Assembly (NCBI GenBank): GCA_963750165.1
Contig: CAVVPN010000003.1
Coordinates: forward strand, 832,001-896,000
Origin: an uncultured Gemmataceae bacterium
GTDB lineage: Bacteria; Planctomycetota; Planctomycetia; Gemmatales; Gemmataceae
DNA: 64,000 nucleotides
Reading direction: 5' to 3'
Part shown: positions 30,597 to 40,961 of the stretch, in pieces
Layout of the letters: each line of letters opens with the position of its first letter
How positions within the stretch are numbered: the stretch's first letter is position 1
Translations under genes and position numbers: made by a program
The notes under the pieces: model-generated
Seen by the model: the letters and a program-made list of their open reading frames with translations, nothing else
Told to the model about the DNA's origin: nothing
Database searches by the model: none

Positions 30597-33134
30597 ATGA
30601 AAGGACGTACCGTTCGCTGGCTCGTACCAGCCGCGATCGCATTGACCCTGGTGGCGCGCAGCCACCTCGGTGCCCAGAACGCCGACAAGACGAAGACCGC
30701 CACCGAGGCCGTCATTCCCGGCCCGGGCGCCATCCAGTCCGTCGCGATTCACCCGACGGCGGTGAACCTCAAGGGCGAGGATGATTCCGCCCAGTTGATT
30801 GTCACCGGCACGCTGGCCGGCAACCGCCTGCAGGATTTGACCGGCGACGTGAAGTACGAGGTCGCCAACCCCAAACTGGCGCGCGTCACCACGACAGGGC
30901 GCATCATCCCGCTGGCCGACGGCGCCACGCAGGTGACCGCCCGCTACGGCAACCATGCCGTGACGGTGCCGCTCAAGATGGAGAAGATGACGGAGAACCT
31001 GCCGATCAACTTCACCAACCATATCGTGCCGATCTTCACAAAACTGGGCTGCAACGGCGGCGGTTGCCACGGCAAGTCCGGCGGCCAGAACGGCTTTGCC
31101 CTGAGCCTGCTCGGCTTCGTGCCGGAGCTGGACTATCAAGCGCTGGTCAAGGAGAACCGCGGTCGCCGGCTGTTCCTGGCGGCGCCGGCGCAGAGCCTGC
31201 TGCTGACCAAGGCGACCGGCACCATGGCGCACGCCGGCGGCAAGCGCATGGAGGTCGGCTCGGACGAATACAAGCTCGTCAAGCGCTGGATCGCCTCCGG
31301 TACGCCGTTCGGCAAGGACAGCGATCCGAAGGTCACGAAGATCACGGTGTACCCCGAGCACCGCATCATCCCGCGCAACAACCGTCAGCAATTCGCGGTT
31401 TACGCTCACTACAGTGACGGCAACGTCCTGGACGTGACGCAGCGGGCGCAGTACGAGAGCAACGAACCGGATGTGGCGGTGGTGGACGGCAACGGCCTGG
31501 TGCGGACGCTGGAGCTGAGCGGCGAGGCGGCGGTCATGGCCCGCTACCAGGGCCAGGTGACCGTCTTCCGCGCCACGGTGCCGCTGGGCATGAAGATCCC
31601 GGACTACAAGTTCGCGTATCAAACGGTCGTGGACCGCTACACGCACAAGCAGTGGCAGCAGCTGGGCATCGTGCCGTCGGAGCTGTGCAGCGATGAGCAG
31701 TTCATTCGGCGCGCGTCGCTGGACATCACCGGCACGCTGCCGACGCCGGCGCAGATCAAGGAGTTCCTGGCCGACAAGGCGCCGGACAAGCGCGACCGGT
31801 TGATCGACCGTCTGGTGGACACGCCGGAGTACAGCTATTACTTCGCGAACCGCTGGGCAGACCTGCTGCGTGTGCGTCGCGGCAAGAACGTCAACCGGGC
31901 CTTCGGCACCTTCGCGTTCCACAACTGGATTCGCGCGAGCCTGGCCGCGGACAAGCCGTACAACGACTTCGCTCGCGAAATCCTGGGCGCCGTCGGCGAC
32001 GAGACCAAGTGCCCGCCGACGGTGTGGTACAAGGATCTGAAGGACCCCGAGCAGTTCGTCGATGACTCCTGCCAGCTGTTCCTGGGCGTGCGCATGGCGT
32101 GTGCCCAGTGCCACCACCATCCGTATGAGAAGTGGAGCCAGGACGACTACTGGGGCATGGCCGCGTTCTTCGGTCGCGTCGCCCGCAAGGTAGCGCCGCA
32201 GCCCGGCGTGGTCGTGCAGGGCCAGCAGAACCAGCGTCAGGTGATCTACATCAAATCGACCGGTAACGTGAAGAACAAGCGCACTGGCAAGACCGCGATC
32301 ATGAAAGCGCTGGACGGCCCGGCGCTGGAGGTTGATGCCGGCGAGGATCCGCGGCACAAGCTGGTCGATTGGATGACGGCGCGGGACAATCCGTTCTTCG
32401 CCCGCTCCGTGGTGAACCGCTACTGGGCGCATTTCTTCGGCCGCGGCATCGTCGATCCCCTGGACGACATGCGCGTGACCAACCCGCCGTCGAACCCCGA
32501 ACTGCTGGACGCGCTGGCAAAGGACTTCATCGAGCACGACTTCAGCCTGAAGCACCTGGTCAAGATGCTGTGCAAGAGCCGGACGTACCAGCTCAGCGCT
32601 CAGCCGAACGAGTTCAACAAGCACGACAAGCGTGCCTACGCTCGCTACTATCCGCGGCGCATGGGCGCAGAGGTGCTGTTTGATGCGGTGAGCCAGGTGA
32701 CCGGCAGCCCCGCGACGTTCCAGGGCCTGCCCAACGACAAGCATTCGCCGAGCCGGGCGATCATGCTGCCGGACGAGTCGTTCACGTCGTACTTCCTGGA
32801 CGTGTTCGGCCGGCCGCAGCGCATCAGCGCCTGCGAGTGCGAGCGTGTCAGCGAGGCCAATTTGGCCCAGGCGCTGCACCTGCTCAACTCGCAGGAGATT
32901 CAGGACAAGATCGCCCGCACCGGCGGCCGCGCCGAGCAACTGGCGAAGGACAAGCGGCCTGACACGGAGAAGGTCGAGGAGCTGTTCCTGTGGGCGCTGG
33001 CTCGGCGGCCCACGCAGGCCCAGATGCGGCTGGCGCTGGACAACATCCAGATGCACGCCGCCAACAAGCGGCTCGCGTATGAGAACATCATCTGGGCGCT
33101 GATGAACACCAAGGAGTTCATCTTCAACCAGTGA
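30597..33134 (+). CDS. DUF1549/DUF1553 (PSD1) protein with Ig-like domains
   Basis: 'GCNGGGCHG', 'FIRRASLDITGTLPT', 'CAQCHHHP', 'NPFFARSVVNRYW..FFGRG', 'PSNPELLDALA'. Confidence 0.93.
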   Translation: MKGRTVRWLVPAAIALTLVARSHLGAQNADKTKTATEAVIPGPGAIQSVAIHPTAVNLKGEDDSAQLIVTGTLAGNRLQDLTGDVKYEVANPKLARVTTTGRIIPLADGATQVTARYGNHAVTVPLKMEKMTENLPINFTNHIVPIFTKLGCNGGGCHGKSGGQNGFALSLLGFVPELDYQALVKENRGRRLFLAAPAQSLLLTKATGTMAHAGGKRMEVGSDEYKLVKRWIASGTPFGKDSDPKVTKITVYPEHRIIPRNNRQQFAVYAHYSDGNVLDVTQRAQYESNEPDVAVVDGNGLVRTLELSGEAAVMARYQGQVTVFRATVPLGMKIPDYKFAYQTVVDRYTHKQWQQLGIVPSELCSDEQFIRRASLDITGTLPTPAQIKEFLADKAPDKRDRLIDRLVDTPEYSYYFANRWADLLRVRRGKNVNRAFGTFAFHNWIRASLAADKPYNDFAREILGAVGDETKCPPTVWYKDLKDPEQFVDDSCQLFLGVRMACAQCHHHPYEKWSQDDYWGMAAFFGRVARKVAPQPGVVVQGQQNQRQVIYIKSTGNVKNKRTGKTAIMKALDGPALEVDAGEDPRHKLVDWMTARDNPFFARSVVNRYWAHFFGRGIVDPLDDMRVTNPPSNPELLDALAKDFIEHDFSLKHLVKMLCKSRTYQLSAQPNEFNKHDKRAYARYYPRRMGAEVLFDAVSQVTGSPATFQGLPNDKHSPSRAIMLPDESFTSYFLDVFGRPQRISACECERVSEANLAQALHLLNSQEIQDKIARTGGRAEQLAKDKRPDTEKVEELFLWALARRPTQAQMRLALDNIQMHAANKRLAYENIIWALMNTKEFIFNQ

Positions 33135-33146
33135 CTTTGATGTCTA

Positions 33147-33218
33147 CCGCTTGCGGCTTAGCGCACTGCGACCCTTCTAACGCTGGCTGGGTTGCAGCGC
33201 GCTAAGCCGCAAGCGGCA
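33147..33218. repeat. REP-like family C palindrome
   Basis: CCGCTTGCGGCTTAGCGC...GCGCTAAGCCGCAAGCGG. Confidence 0.8.
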
Positions 33219-33301
33219 GAAAGCAACTTGACGCCCTCACCATCTCCGTGAACAATAAACGAAGTCTCCATCATCCCCCACCCTCAGCGGAGGTTTACGC
33301 G

Positions 33302-33964
33302 ATGAAGCGCCTGCTTGCGGTCGCCCTGCTGGCCCTGGCCGCCGTGGCCCCGGCCCGTGCCACCGAGATCACCGGCCAGTACGTCGAGGCCCGCACCTGT
33401 GATGTCTGGACCGGGCCGTGCTTTGCCAACGCCGACTTCAACCTGGCCGGCAAGAACGCCGTCATGGCCTGGCGCGTCGAGAAGGGCAGTCTGAATAATG
33501 TCAAACTGGACGGCCTGAGCGTCGTCGCCGTCATCCGCGCCAGCAACACCCTCGGCCTGGAACAGGAGGCCCCCGCCCAGGTGGTGCTGATCGTCGATAG
33601 CAAGGCCACCACCGAGCAGCAGGCAGCCCTGGTCGCGCTGGCGAAGCAGCAGGGCGGCAAACTGTTCGGCAAGGTGGTGGCGGTGCAGGCGGCGCCGATC
33701 AACCTGACGGTCTGCGCCTGCAAGGGCGAGACCTGTGCCGAGTTGAAGGCCGGCGCCGCCCGTGTCAAGACGCGCTGCCTGGACCACGAGCACGACAAGG
33801 CGTGCGGCAACGAGACCGCCTTTTATCCGCCGCTGGCGCAGGGCGTCCACCACGCTCGTCCGGGCGCCGCGGTCGAGAACGTTTGGAGCGGCAACGGCCT
33901 GGGCATGACCTGGGGCGACTACGACCGCCGCGGCGCTTACGTCGGCACCTTCTCGGTGCGCTGA
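33302..33964 (+). CDS. DUF1326-like secreted Cys-containing protein
   Basis: Signal peptide, 'GQYVEARTCDVWTGPC', 'LIVDSKATTEQQAAL'. Confidence 0.75.
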   Translation: MKRLLAVALLALAAVAPARATEITGQYVEARTCDVWTGPCFANADFNLAGKNAVMAWRVEKGSLNNVKLDGLSVVAVIRASNTLGLEQEAPAQVVLIVDSKATTEQQAALVALAKQQGGKLFGKVVAVQAAPINLTVCACKGETCAELKAGAARVKTRCLDHEHDKACGNETAFYPPLAQGVHHARPGAAVENVWSGNGLGMTWGDYDRRGAYVGTFSVR

Positions 33965-34073
33965 GGCACTGCCATTGCTTGACGGTGACTTACCGGCTCA
34001 TTCGACAGACGGGAACGGGAATCGCGCAGCGCGCGGCGCTGGTGGTTCCCGTTTTTCTTGGGAGAGACATATC

Positions 34074-34754
34074 ATGATCCGCATTCTCTGCGCCGTGTCC
34101 GTTGCGGCGCTGCTGCTGGGCGCCACGCTGACACCCGCCCAGGACGGCAAGTTCAGCATCAAGGCCGAGAAGACCGCGCCGCCCGGCGAACTCAAACCGG
34201 ACCTCGCCAAGCTGCTCGGCGACAACGCGGTGCAGTTCCTGGACCCCAAGGGCGGTCTGATCTGCACGCTCTGGTTCCGCAAGGAAGTGCCCGCCGACGC
34301 CACCGCCGAGCAGGTCAAGAACGGCCTGACCTATGGCGAACTGAAGGAGACGACGTTCCTGGCCGCGGTGAAGTTCGAGCAGCCGTGGACGGACTACCGC
34401 AAGCAGAAGATCAAGCCAGGCGTCTACACCATGCGCTTCGGCGTGCAGCCGATGGACGGCGATCACATGGGCGCGTCGCCGGAGAAGAATTTCTTGCTGC
34501 TGGTGGCGGCGGACCAGGACACGAGCCCGGCGCCGATGGAGCCGAAGATGCTGATTGAGAAGAGCATGAAAAGCATTGGCACAGGACACCCGGGGGTGCT
34601 GATGCTGTTCGAGAACAGCAAGCCGGCCGCGGCGCCGCAGCTGGTCACCAAGCTGGGCAACCATCAGGTGCTGAATTTTCGCGAAAATGTCAGCGCCGCC
34701 GGGCAGAAGGCGGCCATTGGCGTCGGGCTGACGCTGGTGGGGCACGCGGAGTGA
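34074..34754 (+). CDS. Hypothetical secreted protein
   Basis: Signal peptide, 'DYRKQKIKPGVYTMRFGVQPMDGDHMG'. Confidence 0.8.
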   Translation: MIRILCAVSVAALLLGATLTPAQDGKFSIKAEKTAPPGELKPDLAKLLGDNAVQFLDPKGGLICTLWFRKEVPADATAEQVKNGLTYGELKETTFLAAVKFEQPWTDYRKQKIKPGVYTMRFGVQPMDGDHMGASPEKNFLLLVAADQDTSPAPMEPKMLIEKSMKSIGTGHPGVLMLFENSKPAAAPQLVTKLGNHQVLNFRENVSAAGQKAAIGVGLTLVGHAE

Positions 34755-34764
34755 ACGGATGAAA

Positions 34765-34808
34765 CGCGAGCCCCGGATGAGTGCGCTTGCGCTCGCCCGG
34801 GGCTCGCG
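34765..34808. terminator. Hairpin after gene, immediately followed by TATAAT (34810-34815)
   Basis: CGCGAGCCCCGG...CCGGGGCTCGCG. Confidence 0.55.
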
Positions 34809-34860
34809 GTATAATGCCTCCTGCTGAATCGCCCGCACACCCATCAAGGGAGGCAGTAAC

Positions 34861-35973
34861 GTGGCCGCCAAGTTGACCAGCCTACGACTTGCCGGGTGGA
34901 AATCGATCCGGGACGCAACGATTGATTTCCGACCGCTTAATGTCCTCATCGGGGCGAACGGGGCTGGGAAGTCGAACCTCGTTAGCTTTTTCAAATTGAT
35001 GAGCGAGATGATGGCGGGTCGGTTCCAGGAATACATCGGTACGACTGGCGGGGCCGAGGCACTTCTCTATTTCGGATCCAAGCAAACATCTGTTCTCAAA
35101 GCCGATTTCCGGTTTGCCGCCGAGCAAGGGCAAATAAATTACCTGCTGCGCTGGGTGCCAGCGGCCGGAAACACCCTCCTGTTCGCGGAAGAAAAGTTGG
35201 AGATGGAGTCGGGTAGTATTAATTACTCCAATTTTAATGAAGTGGGGGGGCACCGTGAAACATGTATGCGTGAGTGGGGTGTGGATGACACTGATAAACC
35301 TACCGAAAAATTCCTTCATAAGTGGTTGACTCGTTGCCGAGTGTTCCACTTCCACGACACATCGCTTTTGGGGCCCATGCGACGGGATTGCTTTCTTGAT
35401 GCCAATCGCTACTTGTACCCGGACGGCGGTAATCTGCCGGCCATGCTGTACCTGTACCGCGAACGCTTTACCCCTGCCTATAACCGCATCGTCGCGGGGG
35501 TGCGAGCGGTTGCCCCATTTTTCGATGATTTCGTCCTTGAGCCACTCCGTTTGAACCCGAAAAACGTCGCCCTGCACTGGCGGGCGAAGGGTTCCGACTA
35601 CGACTTCGGCGCGCACCAATTGTCGGACGGCACACTGCGGGCCATTGCCCTGTTCACGCTTCTGCTTCAGCCGGAAGAAGACCTGCCGGAAATGATCATC
35701 CTGGACGAACCGGAATTAGGGTTGCACCCCACAGCCCTGGCCATCTTAGCCGACCTGTTGAAATCGACCTCCCGGCACAGCCAGTTGCTAGTCGCCACGC
35801 AATCGGCCCTGCTGCTCGACCATTTCGAGCCCGAAGACATCATCACCGTCAACCTTCGCGACGGTGCCTCCACGTTCGAGCGGCTGGACTCCGAGCGCTT
35901 GAAGGATTGGCTGGAGGATTACACGCTCAGCGACCTCTGGGAGCGCAACGTGATCGGGGGAGGGCCGTACTGA
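34861..35973 (+). CDS. ABC-type ATPase (AAA_21/AAA_15-like)
   Basis: Walker A 'GANGAGKSN', signature 'LSDGT', Walker B/D-loop 'ILDEPELGLHP', 'ATQS'; visibly more AT-rich than flanks. Confidence 0.92.
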   Translation: MAAKLTSLRLAGWKSIRDATIDFRPLNVLIGANGAGKSNLVSFFKLMSEMMAGRFQEYIGTTGGAEALLYFGSKQTSVLKADFRFAAEQGQINYLLRWVPAAGNTLLFAEEKLEMESGSINYSNFNEVGGHRETCMREWGVDDTDKPTEKFLHKWLTRCRVFHFHDTSLLGPMRRDCFLDANRYLYPDGGNLPAMLYLYRERFTPAYNRIVAGVRAVAPFFDDFVLEPLRLNPKNVALHWRAKGSDYDFGAHQLSDGTLRAIALFTLLLQPEEDLPEMIILDEPELGLHPTALAILADLLKSTSRHSQLLVATQSALLLDHFEPEDIITVNLRDGASTFERLDSERLKDWLEDYTLSDLWERNVIGGGPY

Positions 35974-36698
35974 TGATACGGCTCTATTTCTACGTCGAAG
36001 GCCAAACGGAACAGGAGTACGTCAAGCGCGTGTTGCAGCCACATCTGGCAGCCCACGGCGTCCAGGTGATGGGGGCAGTCCTGGCGGCCAGTGGGCGGAA
36101 ACACGGTCTCGTTTCCCGCGGCGGTGGCAATCGTTACCAACCCATGCGCAAAGACCTGGGGAATTTGCTCCGGCAGGACGCCGCCACGGAAGTGCGCTTC
36201 ACCACCATGTTTGACCTGTACGCCCTTGGCCGGACGTACAAGGGGTTTCCCGGTTGGGACGAGGCCGAAAAGCAACGACAGCTTCCCCGCGAACGGGTGC
36301 TGGCGCTGGAGAAAGCGTTCGGGGACGATGTGGGCGATTTCCGGTTCATCCCGCACATTCAGCTGTTTGAATTCGAGACCATTCTGCTGTGCGAGCCAGG
36401 GCATTTCACCCTGGTGTACGACAAGGCTGACGCGGGCATTGCCGCTCTCCAGGCGGCGGTCGCCGAGGCCACATCACCGGAACTGGTCAACGACGGTGAA
36501 CTGACCGCACCGTCGAAGCGGATCAGTGAGCACTTTCCGGACTACCGCGGCCAGAAGACCACCGTCGGGGCCGAGCTTGCGCATTGCGTGGGGATCGACC
36601 TGACGCGCCGCCTGTGTCTGCACTTCGACCAGTGGCTCAGGCAACTGGAAGCGCTCGGAACCCCACTGGCGGCGCCCCAGCCACCTGAGCCGCCCTGA
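35973..36698 (+). CDS. DUF4276 family (TOPRIM-like) protein
   Basis: TGATG overlap with the ATPase stop; 'YVEGQTE', 'TTMFDLY', 'QLFEFE', 'PELVND...APSKRI', 'HFDQWL'. Confidence 0.85.
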   Translation: MIRLYFYVEGQTEQEYVKRVLQPHLAAHGVQVMGAVLAASGRKHGLVSRGGGNRYQPMRKDLGNLLRQDAATEVRFTTMFDLYALGRTYKGFPGWDEAEKQRQLPRERVLALEKAFGDDVGDFRFIPHIQLFEFETILLCEPGHFTLVYDKADAGIAALQAAVAEATSPELVNDGELTAPSKRISEHFPDYRGQKTTVGAELAHCVGIDLTRRLCLHFDQWLRQLEALGTPLAAPQPPEPP

Positions 36699-36833
36699 GA
36701 ATGGACTCGGTGTTACCGTGGCTTGAGATACTGCCCGCGTAGGCCCTGGCTCTGGACCGTCAGATACGGGGCGTCTGGCCGCAGCTGCCGGGCCACGTAC
36801 AGGATCTGTCCGACGTGCTCCGCACACCGGCGC

Positions 36834-37851
36834 TCAGACGCCCAGCGCCTTCAGGTACGTCCCCGCCAGCGCCAGAATTATCACCACCATGACCACCATG
36901 TAAATCAGCCACACCAGCCCGACCAGCGCCCGCGTCAGTTCCTTCATGCGCCGCGCGGCCTCGTCGTGTTGCTGTTCGGCCTGGTGGCGCATCGACTCCG
37001 GCACCCGGCCCGCTTCCTCCGCGACCGCCACCACCGCCAGGAAGTTCGCCGGAAACAGCCCAGGCACCGACAGCGCCAGCGTCAGGCTGTCGCCGCGCTT
37101 GACCACCGCCACCGCCTCGTCGGCCCGGGACGCGAAGGCCGCGTTGCCGGTCGCCGCCAAACTTTGCCGCAGCGCCTTGCCGACCGCCAGCCCCGCCCCC
37201 AACGTCAGCGACAGCGCCAGCGCGAACCGTCCCAGCGCCAGCGCCCGCACGCACGGCCCCACCGCCGGCAGTCGCAGCAGCAGCCGTTGCAGCGCCGCCG
37301 TCTCGCCCAGCCAGCGATTCGCCAGCACGTACAGCAGCACGACGCCCGCCGCGCCGCCGAAGTTCAGCGCCACGAACAGCAGCGCTCCGGGCACGCCGCC
37401 CAGGCCGAACACCTTCGGCCCCGGGGCGGCCGCCCCGCGCAGCGCGTCCAGCACCACCAGCACCAGGGCGAAGATCAGCACCGCCACCACCCAGATCAGC
37501 AGCGGCCCAAGCGTCTGCGCCGGAAGTGGCGCGTCAACTTCTGCTGCAACTGGTAGTAGTTTTGCAATTCCTCGAACACCTCCGGCAGCCGGCCAGTCTG
37601 CTCGCCGACCGCCACCAGCGCGAGGAACAATGGCGGCAGCACGGCCCGCTCGTCTCGGAGAGCATCTTCCAGGTTGTCGCCGCGCTCCAGGCGCGCGGCG
37701 ACGCGCCCGGCCAGCGGCTGCACCGCCGCGGAGCCGCGCTCCGCCTGCTGACGGAACACCTTCGTCAACGGCACACCGGCGTCAATGCTATGCCGCAACA
37801 TGTGACAGAGGCCAGCCAGCGGGCCAGCCCCCAAGCGCCGGAAAACAACAT
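36834..37851 (-). CDS. Type II secretion system F / PilC family protein; apparent frameshifts at ~37517 and ~37839
   Basis: Two T2SSF domains ('LERGDNLEDAL...VGEQTGRLPEV'; 'VKRGDSLTLAL...VAEEAGRVPE') in successive frames. Confidence 0.85.
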
Positions 37852-37949
37852 GCGCCCATTCCTCCCCGAGAACACCCTGGTCCTTCAATCCTACCCGGCT
37901 TTTGTGTAACCTGTCACCTGTTACCCGTAACCCGTTCTGGAGCCGATCC

Positions 37950-39462
37950 ATGTCCGAACCTCTCCGCCATGTGCCCGCGGACGCCGTCGTCACCGGCTGG
38001 GACTTCAGCACCGGCGCCGTCAAGTGCCTGGCCTTCGACCTCGACGGCAACACCCTCGCCCAGGTCCGCCTGCCCACCGACCTGTGGACACAGCCAGCCA
38101 ACGTCTCGGAACTGAACCTGATGCAGCTCGAAGGCCAGGCGTACGCCAGCACGCGCGCCATCATCCGCCAGCTGCGCGAACTGCGCCGGCTCGACGCCTG
38201 GCGGGCCGGCGGCATCTCCGCGACGCACCACACCGCCGGCCGCATCGACCACGACGCCAACCAGGTCCGTCGCGCCATCTGCTGGAACGACCAGAGCCTC
38301 ATCCCCTACCACGCCCAGGGGCTGCAGCGCCTCGGCGGCCAGGCGCGGGCCATCGAACTGACCGGCGGGCCGTGGGCCATCCGCTACTCGCTCAGCCATC
38401 TCGTCAAGGACGAGGTTGAGTTAGCCGAAGCGGACTGGCGACGAACGCACCGCATCGCGCAGCACGGCGTCCTGGCGGCAGGATACTTGACGGGCAACTT
38501 CGACGTGGTCAGCGTCTCCGCGGCGGCGTCCACCGGCATCATGGATTTGCGCACCAATCAATGGCGGCGCGAAATGCTCGAAGCGCTGGCAACACCGGAA
38601 TTGCGCGAACTGGCCTGGCAACAGCTGCCGCGCATCGTCGATCAATTCGAGCCCGTCGGCCAGCTGCGGGGCGTCGGCGAGTCGCCACGGCCGTGGATCT
38701 TCCCGACCAGCGACGATCAGCAGGCGGGCCTGGTCGGCGGCGGTGCCGTCGATGAGGGGCAGATGGCGATTGTCCTCGGCAACTCGGCAGTGGTCAACTC
38801 GTCGTCGAATCGGCTGCCGGCGACAGATCGGCTCGACGTGATGAAGTTGAACTGGGGCCCGTTCCTGTGGATGCGCTGCTACAACAACGGGGCGCAGTTC
38901 CTCGACCCCATCGTCGGCCCGAATCCGCCGTGGGACCAGCTGGAGGCGGAAGCGCGGGCGTGTGCCGCGGACGGCGGCGTGCAGGTGCTGCCGTTCCAGC
39001 ACCCGGAGCCGTCGCTCGGTGTGATGCAGTCGCAGGTGCGCTGGCTGCCGCGCGAGCCGGAGCAGCGCGGCCAGAAATTCCGGGCGGCGCTGGAGGCGCT
39101 GGCGTACCTGATTGCGCTGGGCGTGCGGGCGCACGAGGAGGCGGGGCAGCGTATCCACCGCGTCACGGTGTCCGGCGGCATCGCCCGCAGCGGCCTGATG
39201 TGCGAGATTCTGGCGACCGTGCTGGACCGGCCGCTGCTGCGGCTGCGCTCCGACGAGGGGCCGGCACTGGGCGCCGCGGTGACGGCGCTGGCGGCGCTGG
39301 AGACACGACTGCGGCGGGAGCACGGCAGTGCGCAACGGTTCGGCGTGGCGGACGCGGTGGCGCTGCTGGTCAAGTTCCGTGATGAGATCAAGCCGAACCC
39401 GGCCTGGCGCGGCGTATCAGCAGGGATTGCAGGCGTTCGCCGAACGGCTGCCGCGCGGGTGA
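37950..39462 (+). CDS. FGGY-family carbohydrate kinase (xylulokinase-like); probable frameshift at ~39410
   Basis: 'GWDFSTGAVKC', 'AICWND', 'SDDQQAG', 'VSGGIARS', 'EGPALGAA'; alternative-frame end 'AYQQGLQAFAERLPRG*' avoids overlap with the next gene. Confidence 0.88.
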
Positions 39463-39468
39463 ACGCGC

Positions 39469-39843
39469 TTACCGGCGTTCGCCCGTAACATCCTTGAGTT
39501 GTGCTTTGAGCTTGCGGTGCGCCGCGGTGCGGCCCCTGGCGAGCTTGAGCACGTCGCCGAAGGTGAGCCCCGGATCGGGGAAGGGCAGCCGGTCGAGGGC
39601 CTGCGTCAGGGTGCCGTGCAGCCGATAGGTGGACTCCACCAGTTCCACGCGGATGCCCACCTCGCGGAGCAGTTCCAGGTAGCGGTAGAAGCTGCGGACG
39701 GTCAACTCGAGTTTGGCGCACAGGACATCGCGCGGCTGCGGACGTTGACCGAGCAGTTTTACCAGTCGGTACAGGCGTGCGGCGCGGTTGGCGGTGACGC
39801 CGTGGGGGCCGCGCTCGACGGGGCTGCTACGTTTCCTGGCCAT
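39469..39843 (-). CDS. Small winged-HTH protein resembling the N-terminus of WYL regulators
   Basis: 'RAARLYRLVKLL...LELTVRSFYRYLELLREVGI'. Confidence 0.75.
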   Translation of the reverse strand: MARKRSSPVERGPHGVTANRAARLYRLVKLLGQRPQPRDVLCAKLELTVRSFYRYLELLREVGIRVELVESTYRLHGTLTQALDRLPFPDPGLTFGDVLKLARGRTAAHRKLKAQLKDVTGERR

Positions 39844-40016
39844 GATTCCCCAATTCTACGTCATCCACCGTCCCAGCGACCACGGCTGGCGAAGCGTCGC
39901 AGTTTCCATGCCCTTTGGCCCCCTTGCTAAAATGCGCCAGGCGCAGAACCTTGCGGGCGATTTTTGTTCCCGACAGTTTGTGTAATTTGCCCAGTTTGTC
40001 AAGAGAGGCATCTCCC

Positions 40017-40704
40017 ATGCAGCCCCTGGATTACCTGGTGGTTTGTGCACACCCGGACGACGCGGAACTCGGCGTCGGCGGCACGCTGGCATTGCTCAAG
40101 CGCAGGGGGCGCGAGTGGGCGTCCTGGACCTGACGGACGGTGAGCCGACGCCGCTGGGCAGTCGCGAAATCCGGCGCGCGAAACCGCCGCCGCCACGGCA
40201 GTGCTGGGGCTGGACTGGCGCGGCAACCTGGGGCTGCCCAACCGCGAGCTGACCGCGGACCTGGAGAGCCGGCGGCAGTTGGCCGTGGCGTTCCGGGAAC
40301 TGCGGCCGCGCTGCGTGCTGGCCCACTACTGGGAGGACGCCCACCCCGACCACGTGGCCGCCAGCGCCCTGACCGACGCGGCCCGCTTCTGGGCCAAGCT
40401 GACCAAAACAGACATGGCCGGCGAGCCATTTTACCCGCCGCGCTTCCTGTATTTCTTTAGCGTCCATCTGCGCATTCATCCGAAACCGTCGTTCGTGGTG
40501 GACGTGAGCGCCCACCACGAGACGAAACTGCGGGCGCTGGCGTGCTACCACTCGCAGCTGGTGCAGGGCCGGTCGCCACCGACGCCGCTGGACCAGTTGC
40601 GCGACCGGGCGCGGTACTGGGGCTGGGCCATCGGCGCGGACTACGGCGAGCCGTTCGTGAGCCGCGAGGAGGTGGGGCTGCGCGGACTGCGCGATCTGGT
40701 GTGA
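40017..40704 (+). CDS. bshB1: PIG-L family deacetylase, BshB1-like; apparent frameshifts at ~40100 and ~40180
   Basis: 'AHPDDAELGVGG', 'DLTDGE', 'DAHPDH', 'CYHSQL', 'YGEPF' across three frames. Confidence 0.78.
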
Positions 40705-40776
40705 AGCGCAGGCGGGAACGGCTCAGGAACTCACCGGACAGCTCCCTGCCTGGTGACCAATGCCGGGCCGCCCGAT

Positions 40777-40870
40777 TCACGACGCCACCTGCTTCAGCCG
40801 CCGCACCGCCGCCGCCGCGTCCTCGGTCAGCCGATGACCCGCCGCCCCGACCGCCAGCGCTGCCAGAGTG
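40777..40870 (-). pseudogene. Probable relic 3' end of a lost gene
   Basis: Coding-like 'LAALAVGAAGHRLTEDAAAAVRRLKQVAS*' with no plausible 5' part. Confidence 0.35.
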
Positions 40871-40961
40871 ACGCGGTGGCAAAACCTGGTGTCCGATTTA
40901 GCGGCAAAACTTTGTGTCCGCTGACAGGATGAAGCGCCTTCGGCGTAAATGCAACAGGACT

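Noticed and set aside
37905..37935. 7-bp tandem repeats (GTAACCT/GTCACCT/GTTACCC) as an operator
   Set aside because: More likely a half-copy of the short-unit intergenic repeats common in this window.
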